The position numbers and the translations under genes are program-made. Of a DNA stretch of 64,000 nucleotides, positions 1-12,103 are shown one piece after another. The stretch comes from Lama guanicoe. Lineage: Eukaryota. The stretch's first letter is position 1. Every line of letters begins with the position of its first letter. A model generated the notes under the pieces. It was given only the letters and a program-made list of their open reading frames with translations, was not told the origin of the DNA and did not search any database. The stretch lies in NCBI GenBank assembly GCA_013239625.1, contig MU053504.1, positions 2,240,607-2,304,606 on the forward strand. Reading direction: 5' to 3'.

Positions 1-246
1 GCTGCGGGCCTCATAGCTCGGGGGTTCTGGTCTGACGTGCCAGAGTGTCTGGTACGGTTAACCCGCCCCCCTGGCCTGGGGGCTCCTGGAGCAGCTCTGC
101 TCCCAGGCTGGCCTTGGGCTCAGCAATATGGGTGTCAGGAATTAAGAGCTGTGCTGGCTTTAATGCTGGTAATCGTATTTATGGTCATTTAAATAGTTCT
201 AAGGAGAATCGCTCTTATTTTTCTTTTTTCTTCTTCTTTTTTGCAG

Positions 247-297
247 GGTTATTTTGGAGCTGTTGGAGCACTCCTTGAGCTATTGAAGATTCCCTGA
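247..297 (+). CDS. PANK2: Pantothenate kinase 2, last coding exon (GYFGAVGALLELLKIP*)
   Basis: Polypyrimidine tract 216-242 and ttgcag acceptor, then GGT TAT TTT GGA...ATT CCC TGA. The peptide matches the PANK2 C-terminus and is followed by a second in-frame stop (TAG 298-300). PANK2-RNF24 tail-to-tail synteny is known in mammals. Confidence 0.95.
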   Translation, partial: GYFGAVGALLELLKIP

Positions 298-493
298 TAG
301 CTACCTGGGGAGGGGTTCCTGGAACCTTCCATGATGGGATCTGTGGACCTTTGTTTTTTTAAGAGACTTACTCAGTTTTATGATTGTGTACTACCTGAAT
401 CAAAGCGAGAAAGGACAAGTGTATTTTTCTAAGTCATCAAGATAAATCCTTAAAAATTCAGTCTGAACTAATAACCAGTAAGGAAAGATACAT

Positions 494-499
494 ATTAAA
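494..499 (+). terminator. PANK2: Candidate proximal PANK2 poly(A) signal (ATTAAA)
   Basis: ATTAAA about 200 nt after the stop, followed by GU/U-rich sequence (512-590). Confidence 0.5.
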
Positions 500-2289
500 A
501 AATGCGGACCATGTCCATGTTGGTGAGGATTCGCTGTATTTAAGTTGCCCTTCAGTATGGCTTTGTTCAACTTGCTGTGTATTTTTGAAATTCAGCATTA
601 CTCGGTGGAGCCACTTCAGGGGGAGAGCTGTTCTGTGCTGAGCTGGCTGTGGTTTTGTGTCCTGTTGAACTTCCTAAATGTAAGGCAAGCTGCTGTGTAT
701 TGTAATCTAATCTAATCACAGTTTTGTCAGTATGGCTTTGGAGATCATCTTCTGTGCATTCATTCTGGTGTGCATTTAGCCTGTGTGAACATATTGAAAA
801 ACATGTTTTGTTTCAAGGTTCTGCAAACTTACTGGAAAGGTTAATTCTGTACCTGAAACTTTGAACAATGAGGCAATTTTTGGAAGGTATTTCCAGATTG
901 TTTACATTGTAGATCCTGTTTCCTTGGGTAGTGGGGGGATTACTGACGTGTTGGAAGTAAGCTAGTAGAAAAGGCACATCTGGAAGACTGAAAGCAGACA
1001 CAGGGCTACATCTTTTCAAGGAACAGGGGCAGGGGCGGAATCTGGTTATATCTGGCTGGTAGAAAGGGAGGAATTGGGGTGTCCATTGACTAACTCATGG
1101 GGAGCAGGCCGGGGCTCTCCTGATTTCCTTCCACTCCTGCCTTGTGCTTGCTGGGACCTGCCTTGGCAGGCTGGCTCAGTTGGATCCCCAGTGTCGGGGG
1201 CTGTATGTGGGAGGCTCAAAAGGCAGCTTGAGGACAGATGGGGTCTTGGTAGAGGTTGACTTTGAACCTTTTTTTTTCTGCTGTGCAGAATAATTTGAAA
1301 AACATTCTCCTTGGAGATAGAGCAACATTTGTATCTTATTTTTTGTATTATTTGGTTCCTACATCCCTGTTGGAGGCAATGAAGGTCTGTATAAGGCAGT
1401 CTTTGAACTAGAATGAAACCCCAGGGCTCTGTGGCCTCTTTGTGCCCCTTGGTTTCAGGTGAGATTGGCCTGGGAGGGACTGGATGGGAGGCAAGGTTCC
1501 AAGGGACAGAGGTGTGCAGGAGGGTAGGGCTGGTTGTCAAGGGAGGAGGGGCGGGCTTCGGCAGCGTGGGGACAACAGAGGCTTGCCTGTTGTGAGAGCT
1601 ATGGTCCACCCTCTTGCAGGAAGGGCAGAGCCGGGGTGGGGTCAGCCCAGTGCCATTTCCCAAGGGTGACCGCCCTTGCACACTTTTCTGAATTTGTGGG
1701 TTGTGGGTGCTGTTGGCTGGTGCAGGCCACATTGCTGGAGTGACACTGGGTTGGATGGGAATTGTGGTCCCTGGTGGTGATCAGCCTCCTCTGCTGTTGC
1801 CTCTCCTCCTGGGCCTCAGCCTGAGCCACCTCCAATCCTGTCCTTCTGCTCTTCTGCCCTCGGCTGCTTCCAGCCATGTGCTTGGTGGCCTCAACTTTCC
1901 CCTACAGCTGCCAAAGTCAGCACCGCCGCCCACTCATTGGTACCACAGTCATGCCTCCCCAGCCCCTCGTGCCCCAGGCTTCCTCCCAGCGTCCTCTAGG
2001 CGAAGCACTCTTCCTCTGGAAAAGGGACGGAGCAGGAGCAAGCCTGCTGCCCATGGAGACCCAGGCCAGCCTCCAAGACCCCGTGGGTCCAGCCTGTTCT
2101 CCCTGCGTGAACTGTGCTCATGAGGCTGTGCTAGTGCTTTTTGTGGTCATCTCGTGCAGCCTTGGTCATCCTAACAGAGGAGGAAACCTGTCACACGGCT
2201 AAAATCAGGCAGAGCCCCCTTTCCTCTCGTGCCTTGCACCACTTCGTATTCTGGAGAAGCTGCCTCTGTGACTTCACTTTGTGCTTTGT

Positions 2290-2760
2290 GCTCAAGTCCA
2301 TCCTTGTATGCCAGTGAATCCCATTGCTAAATCTAATGGACATTTAATGTCCTCATGAAGACGTCAGTTCTAACACTGTAGAGCCCTCTTGCTTTTCCTT
2401 CTGCCGCCTAGGCCGCTTGTCTCTGCCAGTTTATTCTCCTCTGAAGACAATTAGATATTGACAGCCCTCAGGCTCAGTCCTGGATCTCCCTAAGCAATCA
2501 TCAGCACTCCCCTTAACTCTGATTTTCCAAGTACCATGTCTAGCCCACCCCCTTGCTTCTGAGTCCCAGTCCCAAGGCAATGACTGCTTCCTCTTCTCTT
2601 TTCCCTTCTCTACACAGAAATGTCTCCATCTTCTCCCCTGAACATCCACCAGGATCCTTTCCCAGTTTACTGCCACTTCACTACTTCTAGCTTGTGAGAT
2701 ACATGTAAGCTCAATCTCTACTCACCACCGCACCACCCTGGTGTAAGCCACTGCCCTTTC
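2290..2760 (+). mobile_element. Degenerate LINE2 fragment
   Basis: ttgctaaatctaatggacatttaatgtcctcat resembles the L2 RT-region consensus; pyrimidine-rich downstream. Boundaries approximate. Confidence 0.45.
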
Positions 2761-2839
2761 TCATCCCTGCAGTTGACCCTTCCACTCTCCCCTCCACATT
2801 TTGTAGCCTGAGGGTCCCTCCCCACTCCCCTAGTAGAGG

Positions 2840-3420
2840 CACTAGTCGGGGTGGTAGTGGCTGTGGTCACTGTCCAGGTGTGAAAGGAAGGGGGCCAAAC
2901 CAAGATGGGAACAGCGGATGGCCAGGTAGATAGAGAGGCTTCAGAGGGCTGAGTTTTGACATGTGGAGATTGGAAATGGGGGAGGGAGGTTCTGTTGAGG
3001 GCACCTAGACTTGCTGGGGAGACTTGGTTTGGGGCTGCCTGATTTTCTATACCAAATAGGCAGCTGATATTTGGGTTGGAAATAACAGACCCGAGAATGA
3101 TGTGCGTGTAGGTGGGTAAACTGTAGGCAGGGATTTAGTGAATCCCAAGTTAGAGTGAGAATAAGATAGGCAGAGAAGGAAACAGCTGCGAAGAACACGA
3201 AACGGTGGTCAGGGGACTAGCGTGGGGCCTGTTGGTCAGGAGAATGAGTGGAGAGGAGCTCTCCAGGAGCCTGCATTAAGAGGAGGTTTCAGAGGTGGCC
3301 CAGATTTGGCTGCAGGGTCATGGATGACCTTGAGGGGAGCAGTTTCTAAAGCTATGGGGCAGAAACTGAGCTCAGAGGTCCTAGTGAGGGTTGGTGAGTA
3401 GAAACAGCTGCCACAGGGTG
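2840..3420 (-). mobile_element. Degenerate LINE2 fragment
   Basis: Purine-rich sequence typical of antisense L2. Boundaries approximate. Confidence 0.4.
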
Positions 3421-3871
3421 GCTTTGGACCGAGAGATTTTTTTCTCCTCCCAACAGAATAGTTGGTATTTCCCAGCCTGGGACATAGCGAGAGGGGTGGA
3501 GCGTGCGCTAGTTTGCCACTTCAACCCCCTTTAGGACTAGCACCCACGTTTGGGAGACTGCTTGTCTGTGTCCAGCCACATCTGCACGCTGAAGCCAGCC
3601 AGGGTGGTTGGTGGGGACTCGGCCTCTGCCTTCCCCCTTGCTGTGGCCTGGGGCTCTATGTATCACCGCTGACCTGTGTCCCACCTGCACCCCACACCAC
3701 AGGAGGAGACCAGCTGGAAGCTCCTCCATCACTATCATCTGTTGCTGATGACCAATTTCATTTGTTCAGAAACACTCACCTTGACTTTGCAGCTCTTGCT
3801 ACGTGGGCTTAAGTGGAGTGTGGGTGGCCAAGGGTGGGTACGTGCTCAGCACGAAGTACTTTCAAAATCTG

Positions 3872-3908
3872 TTTATTTACATTAAGTCAATTACATGCAT
3901 GTTTTATT
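3872..3908 (-). terminator. RNF24: Distal RNF24 poly(A) signals (two AATAAA on the - strand, 3872-3877 and 3903-3908)
   Basis: tttatt twice within an AT-rich island, with several upstream UGUA motifs (taca on + near 3878, 3892, 3965, 3980, 4030). Confidence 0.65.
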
Positions 3909-4104
3909 TTTTAAACGAGAGTAATTAGCAAAATGCATTAAAATTTTAAAATAGCAATTAAATATACAAAAATATAGCTTACAAAAAAAGGCAAATGTTT
4001 AAAAATATTCTGCTGCAGAATTCTTAGTGTACAAACATGTCTATGAAACCTGAGGCTCAGCATTTCATAAACCTTTTTTTGAGGGAGTTATATGATATTT
4101 AGTG

Positions 4105-4110
4105 AATAAA
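4105..4110 (+). terminator. PANK2: Candidate distal PANK2 poly(A) signal (AATAAA)
   Basis: Canonical hexamer in the same AT-rich island; ATTAAA also at 3937-3942 and 3957-3962. Confidence 0.35.
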
Positions 4111-4778
4111 TCCCATTGGGCTTAAACTACAAGACTAATACCCTCCTTTCTGGCAATGATCTGTCAAGAGACCCAGAAATGACAGTTCAGGAACACTCTC
4201 TTGGAAGACTGAGCTATCACTAGGAAGGACTTCCTAATACTGGCCCCACTTGCCTCCCACTCTTGTGGGGCCTGGGAGGGAAGGAGTGGACGGAAGGACA
4301 GTGTACACCTTGCCCAAGATGCAAAGCCGCTAGGCCTTTGCTGGCCCAGGGAGCAGAGCTGCCTGGAAGAAGCAGCTTTAACTTTGATCTCCTGCAGGGG
4401 CAAAAAAGAACTTAAAATTTTTTTTTTAGAAGAAAATATTGGTGGGGAGAATATTCCATCTATTGAATAGAAAAAAATATTGGGCAAGGAGAAAATTCCA
4501 TGGGGATGCTTGCTTTTTAGTGTGTGCAGGAAGAGTGGGGAGGGGAAGGGAGCAGGTTGGTTTGTGAACTTGGACTTTCAGGCAAATCTGCTGTTAATTC
4601 TGAGGCGGCTGAACACCTGTTTGCTCAGCAACATCTGAGACATTGGCCCCACAAAACAAGGATGCCTCAGCCTTCAGTTACTGCTGCTTCTCAAAATCCT
4701 GCCTCAAAAATGGGACCTTGCCTAAGAAACCGTCACCGTTGTAGCCAGACGTCACTGTGCAACTCCAGGTCCTCACTT

Positions 4779-4800
4779 GGGGGTGGGGGTGGGGGTGGGG
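4779..4800 (+). repeat. (GGGGGT)n G-quadruplex-forming tract
   Basis: Four G4-G5 runs separated by single T. Confidence 0.8.
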
Positions 4801-5180
4801 CTGCAGCGTGTCCAGGCCCCTGCAGGGGCTGCTGGGCTGTGCTCTCGCTTTTGGCCATGGCGCCTGTTTGACTGTCCTGTCAGATCAGGAGGATCTATGG
4901 AAACTGGTTGTGCTCTCATTTGGGCATCTGTCTATGGTTAGGGTCAGGGGTCAGGGAGGGATTGTAGCTTCTGATTTATATAAAAAAGAATTTCAGCATG
5001 CTTCAGTCAATGGAAAATATGCCTTATTCAAAGGAGATGTGATTGCAAAAACATCCCCCAATTCTGGGCTCACCTTTTTACAGATATTCTGACTTCTGGG
5101 ATGGTTCTTCCCACATGAATAGGAATGCTCCTTGAATATACTTGTCCAGTATTAAGTTAAAAAAAAAAGTTAAGTACACA

Positions 5181-5380
5181 CAGTTGATTCTTGAACATGG
5201 GTTTGAACTGTGCAGGTCCACTTACATGCAGATTTTTTTTTTCAGTAAATACATTCTACATGATCCAAAGTTGGTTCAGTCCAGGGATGTGGAACTGGAT
5301 ATGGAGGGCTAACTGTAAAGTTGTGCAGATTGTGCAAGGAGTCAGCACCCCTAACCCCTCCGTCATTCAAGGGTCAACTG
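5181..5380. mobile_element. Tigger2-family non-autonomous DNA transposon (MITE)
   Basis: Terminal inverted repeats cagttgattcttgaa ... ttcaagggtcaactg, TA at the right flank, and internal gggtttgaactgtgcaggtccacttac. Confidence 0.8.
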
Positions 5381-6831
5381 TATATACACACACACATACC
5401 TACATACACTCATATATACATACACACCTGTATTTGCTTGTGTATGCATAAATGATCTCTGGGAGGATACATAAGGAACAAATAGTGGGTACTCAGCAGG
5501 TGAAAAGCTTGGCTTGTTGGAGGTCAAAGATGCAAGGAAGACTTAACTGCGATTTGAGAACCATGTGAAGGTAGTACCTTTTTAAAAACTTAAGGTATTC
5601 AGCCACTGAGCAACCAAGTCGGGGAGCACTGTGGGCACAGGTAACTGGAAGCAACTAAGGAAGATCAGGAGGGGAAAGGGAAATGAGCCAGGCAAACCAG
5701 GAACCTGGGGAGAGCCCCTACATCTCAGGAGGCTCTGCTGAGTTTGTTTCCACTGGGACAACAGAGCCCCAGTGGCCAGCATGATGTCACCTAGTAGCAG
5801 CAGCTCCCATGACTCCAGGCCTGCTGCCCACCAGGCTCCGGACATGGTGGCCAATCCCCGCAAGTGCCAGTGAGGACACTGTTGCTGTAATCCCTGGGGG
5901 GGGGGGGCAAATAAGCAAACAGACTTTGAGAGGCTAACCTGCAGGAAGGCACATGGCTGGTGAGTGGCAAAGCAGTGTTCAAATCAGTCTCGGCACCTTT
6001 TCTGCCCAGAGCTCTGGGGATGCTGCCCTGCGTGCATAATTTCCCAGAAAGCCTCTCAGAAAAATAATTACAAATGGTTCAGAGTAGCTTAGCAGAGTGG
6101 GAGCAGGCCATGAAAATGACAAGCTTTGGAGTGGAGCTGTGGAAAGAACAGGGCCCAAGGTCATTCCTCTGATGGACCTGAAGGGCTAGGCACTGGGGAA
6201 AGGATCTATTTGTCAGCATTTGGTATGAGGCAATGGTGTGAGGTCCCCTGTACGCCTCAGCCCAGACTTCCTCATGGGCTCCCTGTCCCAATCTGGCCAT
6301 TACTGTCTTGTCCTGTTCCTTGGCTAGGGACCTTCCTACTCGGGATAGGCCTAACCAAATCACTACGGCAAAGAAAAGTGGCATATGACAACTAGTGTCT
6401 TATGCCTGCTTAACCAGGAATCAAGTCAGGCTGGTTTTGTTCCCTGTTCGTAAAGCCAGCTGAATTCAGCTGCACCCCTAGTAACACCGAGATACTGACT
6501 CAGCCATCCATGGAGTCCAGTTGGGGCTGAGTTCTGCTCCACTAACCACAGCACGCAAGCAACACCAATCTGAGCTGCTTAAGACATATTAAGACCAAGT
6601 TAAAAAATCACCATGTCACCAGCCAGCAGCCAAAAGGCAGATCAGAGTCCTGGCGTGTCTACAGATTAACAAAAGGTCAACTCATAGAGATAGATTCAGC
6701 CAGGGCAGCCCCCACTGGTCTCACTGTGGGGTGAGGTGTGAACTATCAAACAGTATTAAGAGATCCTTAACTTATTAAAAAAAAAAACCTGGATGGAGAT
6801 TTAACCTTGTCTTTTCACACAAAACTGTGGT

Positions 6832-6837
6832 TTTAAT
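6832..6837 (-). terminator. RNF24: Proximal RNF24 poly(A) signal (ATTAAA)
   Basis: tttaat on +. The A-run at 6777-6787 provides a U-rich downstream element on the - strand. Confidence 0.55.
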
Positions 6838-9420
6838 CAGAATTAAAGGGAGACATAAATTAAACCCCGGCCATTCTGTTACAGCAGTGCAGCCCAGGGA
6901 AGTCCTGGAGGGAGCCCCAGATGTGGGGAGCAAACACATCTGCACTGTGTTGCTGAGGTGTGAGAACTGCAGTTGACACTGGCCATGCTACAGCAGGACA
7001 CCAAGCCAAGAAAAGAAAGACGACTACAAGCAGAGTGAACACGCTTAGTCCCACCTCCGTGAAAGAGCTGTATTTTTAAAAGCCGTCCACATTCACAAAT
7101 GTTGAGGTCATGGGGTAAAGCAGACCCACGATGGTGCCTAGTGGAGAGTGCGTAGCATTCTCAAGCTCTCCTCTAACAGCTGGGCTTTGCGCCCAGTGCT
7201 ATGCACCAACCACCTCAGCTTGCCTTTGGCTATGACACAGTGAGGTGAATTAATTTGCCTCCCTACAAATACGGACACACACGGATGGAAAAAGGCTGCA
7301 ACTGAAAGGCTATATAATCCTACAAAAGCTGTGAGATGAAATAATTTGTAGTATAGAATACAAAAATTCCTCCTTTGTAGGGAAAAATTCTTTTTCCTAT
7401 TGGAACTCCATAACAAAGATTTGTTCCAAAGCCATTATGTGAAAATGGTGAGTGCTGGCGATTACTGAGACTAGTCCAGAAGCAAGCCCACTTCTGACAT
7501 TGCCAGTGACAACACCTCACTGTGAGCTGGGCGCTCTGCAGCATTCAGCTCTATTGTGCTATAACTAGAGGATGCAGAAACAGAGGACGAAAGTAGGAGC
7601 GTACAAACAGTTCTTTTCATGGGTGCCAAACAGGCTAAGGCTTTCATATAAAAATATTCCACACCTCCCTTGCCCTGTTTAAAGCAGCAGTCCAATTGGC
7701 ATACCACGAAGAGGTCACACATAGGAAACAGCCAATTCTGACCAACTGGATCTGTAACTTTCCAAACTGGACTCTGCCCAGCACTTTTCTAGGCTAATGG
7801 GAATTTTCCTCCTCATCTGATCCCAGCCACCTGAGCCAAAGACAGGTTCCCTCTCCCATTCTAAGATGGCAGAGGCTGGATTCCAAAAGAATTCCTGGAG
7901 ACATGCCATGAACACAGTAGCAAAGCTTCCTTCACTCTCTCCGAATCATGCAGGCTGTATTTCCAAGGAGAAACTGCCCCCACTCACACCTGTGGGATGG
8001 AGCAGAGGCAAAGAAAGCTGTCAACAAGGAGTCCACCCCTAAGATGGAAAGAGGTGGAGAGCAGGGCTGTGGAAAAGAACTTCCTACCTGACCCACCGCT
8101 GCTTCATATAGTTAACTTATACAATATTCATGAATCCTAATGGACTCTGAGTCATTTCTAGAAAAGTTGGACAGAAAGAGCCAAAGAGCAGCATGCATTT
8201 CTCTCCCATCAAGACACCTCAACTAGTTACCCCAAGTGTGAATGCTGAGGCACACACCCACGGCAAACAGCCCCGCAGGAGCTTCCTGAAGCCACGGTTT
8301 CAAGTGGATCCCCACCTTTGGAATAACAGGGGTCAATCTTATTTGGGAAGATTTAAATCATTAAAAAGTTAACAACAGGCATTTTCTCAAGTAGGAAGAG
8401 AGCAGGAGAGGGAAGAGAACAGAGGGAAGGACACAGAGGCAAGGAGTTCAGCATCCTCCTCTCAGCTCACCAGGGCCAGGAGGACTGGCCATTATCAGAA
8501 AGATGCTCCTCTTCGGAGCCGTGTGAGGCGCTCGCAGCAGCTCCCTACTCAGGCAGTGGGCCGAGACCGGCAGCTAGGCTGGAACCACACTGTGTACATG
8601 GGGATGTGGGCAGCACCCTTGGGTCCCCGGGTCACGCAGGGACAGCATGGGCTCAGAGGCCCACCCCCTGCTGTGGCTCCTGATAGCAGCTTGGCTGTGC
8701 CTTACTGGTGAGCGGGAGGGGGAAGTAAGAGGAAATGGCTTCTGACCAGACCTTTCCAAGTGCATCTAATGTTTTTAGCTTAGATCATCTGATAAGCAAG
8801 TCTTGTGAACTCAAGGGAGAACTGGTGGCAAGGGACACTGCTGCTCTGTTGTAACCAAAGCCCTTGGGTTTCAAGACGACCTTATCAAAGGAACTTAACG
8901 TGAAAAGCCTTGTTGGCACTGCCTCCGGCACTGGAACGGGCTGGGTGTGGGCTGAGGTAACCACTGTTTTCACTTGGCTCAGGGGCTGCCCGGAGGGTCT
9001 GCTGCTGCCCAGGCACGCGTCTGTCCTGTCACAGGGTGGTGGCTTTAAAGACCTGCCCTCCGGTCCCTCCTCTAACACTTGTGTTTATCTTCCCTTCTGG
9101 TTGATAAAGATTCACCTTAACATGGAGATAAGTGTCTGGGAGACAGAGAGTAATGGAGTTAGCAAGAGACCCTTGTGAAGTTTCCTGACCAAACCCGAAG
9201 GCTCATCCACTCCTCTTCTCATGGGGTAGTGTCAGAGTACTTTGGTTGTCACAAGACCCAGAAGTCTGGGTTCCCAGCTCAGCTGGCCCAAGAGTTCTTC
9301 ATGTGGCAAAGAAAGTGGCAACTGGCGCCCCAGGTAGCGCAGCCAGCACAGAGACTGCTTCTGTTCTTCCCGGCTCCAGGCAGACGCTGGATCCTGCAAC
9401 AGTCTGACCCTTGTGGTGAG

Positions 9421-9559
9421 CTATGCAATGTTCTCTGCCCCAGGGAGGGGCCCCTGTGGGGGTCCACGGTCCTGCTTACTATGCAACTGGGCCAGCTGCA
9501 GAACCGGCATGTTGCACAGGGGACACACTTTGCGAACCTCCAGCCACTTAATAAGGCAC
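9421..9559 (-). CDS. RNF24: RNF24 exon 6 coding part ([46 protein letters not shown])
   Basis: ctgcag acceptor (ag at 9561-9560), 139 nt to TAG; C-terminal half of the RING-H2 domain. Confidence 0.97.
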
Positions 9560-10157
9560 CTGCAGAACGAGACACCACAGGGAGATGTCAGTCTCATGGC
9601 ACCCCTGTCCACGTGTCTCACATGAACACATCTGTTGCCCAGAGCTGGGGACTGGGCGACCAGCTCGGTCCAGAAGAGTTCTCCCACCAGGCGGAAAGCG
9701 CATTTCACCCTCTGGAGGAACCCGAGACTCCAGTCTTCCAAAAGGTGATACAATGAAGCCACAGACAGCATGCTACACCCTCAGTCACCCATGACTTCTT
9801 AAACAATGAAGTACACTGAGGAGTGGTGGGGATGAGTATAAATTAAATTTTCTAATAGAAATACAAAACACATACAATTGCAAGAGAAGGGGGAATATTA
9901 AATATGTCTGTAGGAATGGGGAGGAGATGGTTCCACACTACTATTTACATTCAGACTTAACTTATTTTGTTTTGAAACAACTATGGTTTTGATTAAAGTA
10001 AGTTTTTAGGAATGGAAACTCTCATTGGAAAGTTCTGGTTAAATAGCTCTTTATAGCCTGGGCTCCAAGGAGGTATAGGCTTGTCTGGCTCTTTGCCTGA
10101 AGTCCTGCCTCAGTGGTCATATTCTACCACCCGGTTCCTTCCTAATGTCACGGTCAT

Positions 10158-10190
10158 TCACACACACACGCACGCACGCACGCACGCACG
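10158..10190. repeat. (CA)n(CACG)n microsatellite
   Basis: cacacacacacgcacgcacgcacgcacgcacg. Confidence 0.9.
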
Positions 10191-10339
10191 CCCCACCCTG
10201 CAGGGTGCCTTCGGCTTTTTGCATTATAAGCCAATCATAAAGCCACCAAGCTTGTCGGGCACCGCCCCAAGCCCACAAATGAGTTGGTCAACGTGCCTCA
10301 AACTCAGGTGCCCTTAAATAATTCCACATTAATACTCAC

Positions 10340-10419
10340 TTTCTGTGGAAGGCATGCTTACATGGACAAATCCCCAACTCATCTCGAGGCTTGAAGTCTT
10401 CTAGACACACTGCACAGAG
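10340..10419 (-). CDS. RNF24: RNF24 exon 5 ([27 protein letters not shown])
   Basis: tttcag acceptor, gtgagt donor, 80 nt. With exon 6 gives the C-x2-C-x14-C-x-H-x2-H-x2-C-x10-C-x2-C RING-H2 motif. Confidence 0.97.
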
Positions 10420-11769
10420 CTGAAAAACAAATTCACAGATGAGACAAAGTATCTGAGAAGCACTCTCCCAGGCCAAAGTAAAGTGCAGGCCCCTGAGGGC
10501 CAGCTCTCTGAAGGGACTTACAATGTCCCACAACTCTTTAAGCGAAAGAAACAGGCTCGAATGGGCGAGGTCTTCTGAAGAAGAGTCTTCTGTGCTTCCC
10601 GTCACATGTCTTCAAGACAGAGGGCAGATGGGAGAAGACAGAAAGCAAGAGACAGGTTCCTTTACTTTGGTGCCATCAGAAGAGTCTGACAGGTTTATTC
10701 TCACCAGATAGACTGACCACAATGTGATTTTCTGTGCTGTGCCAAGGGGCTGACTATCCGCAGGGAATGTTCTGCCTGCTTGGCAGCATGGCCCTTGAAG
10801 GGACCACTCACACCCTGGGACAGGCCCTGGGGATCTCCTTTCTCTGGCTTTTATAATGTATAAACTATAAACCAGGGCAAAGCCTGCAGTAACATGCTTT
10901 TTGTAGTTCCTGGGGCCCCTTACTTTGGCACTGTACTTCTGTCAGTGTCTGTCTTTGTCATATAAAAAGTTATGCAAGAGTCACTGAATTGAAACTTACA
11001 AAAATGGGAAGATGGGGCCAGGATTGCTCTGACAGGTGGCTAGGCTCCACTGCTTGGAAAGAAGCCTTCTTCACATCCAGAGGCTAGGTTCTAACCACTA
11101 CTTCTTAGACACTTACCAGTGCCCAGGGGCACCAGTATCAGCCCATTTACTCTCTTTACAGAGAGGGAGACTGAAACTCAGAGCAATAACCATGTTGCCT
11201 GAGGCTGGGGCCCCCGGTTCTGGTGCACTTCTGTCCGCCCAAAGTTTGAACTCCTCCCTGCGTGCTTCCCTGTCCATCTCCAGGGGTGCTGGTTCAACCA
11301 TCACCATTTCTTGTGCAAACTGCTGACCTGCCTCCCCGTCACCTGTTTCTTAACCTATAACATTAACCCAGTATTCTTAGGCTAAGTGACAGGACATGTG
11401 GGTCCTTGGGGCCCCATGGCCAGTGCTGGGAATGCTGGTCTTCCCAACACTCTTCTCCAGGGAGCAGGAGAATGGACAACTGTCTTATCAGATCTGGCAT
11501 TACTGCTGATACCGCAGGAGAGCAGGGAGGAAGGCAGGACAGACGGCTGGCCTTGGCTCAGACACCCACTAGCTGTGTCACTTCAGCCATCACGATGCCT
11601 CTCAAGCTCTGCCTCTTCATCTGTAAAGTGAGGATGCTACCTGCCACCATCTCCTGCCTGGGACTGTCACCACCTAGGCAGTTAGTCACCACCTAGGCAC
11701 CAGCAATACCAGCTGTTTTTATTCATATTTAAATTTAGTGATGGGAGCACTATTTTCAAGCCCATTTTT

Positions 11770-11882
11770 AAATAAATGCAGTACTTCATTTATTATTTTT
11801 TTTAATGGAGGTACTGGGGACTGAACCCAGGACCTCGTGCATGCTAAGCATGTGCTCTACCACTGAGCAACATCCACTCCCC
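11770..11882 (-). mobile_element. tRNA-derived SINE (camelid vic-1-like)
   Basis: A-box (gctcagtggtagag) and B-box (gggttcagtccc) on the - strand, A-rich tail, 13-bp target-site duplication (TSD) caagcccattttt at 11757-11769 and 11883-11895. Confidence 0.9.
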
Positions 11883-12103
11883 CAAGCCCATTTTTGTTTT
11901 CTGGAGGAAGGCTGTGAACAAGCTGTGGATAAAGATGAGAAACTAGCAGTTCCAGCCTTGGGATGACCTTCCTGGGCCTCAGCTTCCCATCTGTAAAGGG
12001 GGAATGATGTTCCACCTCCTAGACTGTATGAACAGGTCCTCAGGCCTTAAACACCCAGCTTCTCTCCCAGCACAGCCTTCTGAAATATTTATCAACAACT
12101 TAC

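Larger units (their letters stand above)
3850..9420 (-). other. RNF24: RNF24 3' UTR (about 2.6 kb short form, about 5.5 kb long form)
   Basis: Follows the TAG at 9421-9423; ends inferred from the two poly(A) signal clusters. Confidence 0.6.

Noticed and set aside
1..246. miR-103 precursor in PANK2 intron
   Set aside because: The mature sequence AGCAGCATTGTACAGGGCTATGA is not present here; it would lie upstream, outside the window
1046..1732. 228-aa ORF on the - strand and overlapping ORFs at 1074-2202
   Set aside because: Non-ATG or weak starts, low-complexity composition, no recognisable domain or splice structure; chance ORFs in GC-rich UTR/intergenic DNA
9175..9756. 193-aa + strand ORF antisense to RNF24 exon 6
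   Set aside because: GTG start, no recognisable homology; a shadow of GC-rich coding and UTR sequence
9421..9771. 116-aa single-exon RING protein, and the 89-aa ORF at 10336-10605
   Set aside because: Only 9421-9559 and 10340-10419 are exonic; the N-terminal parts are intron read-through
11666..11699. 15-bp direct duplication gtcaccacctaggca
   Set aside because: Simple local micro-duplication at the end of a MIR-like fragment, with no sign of function
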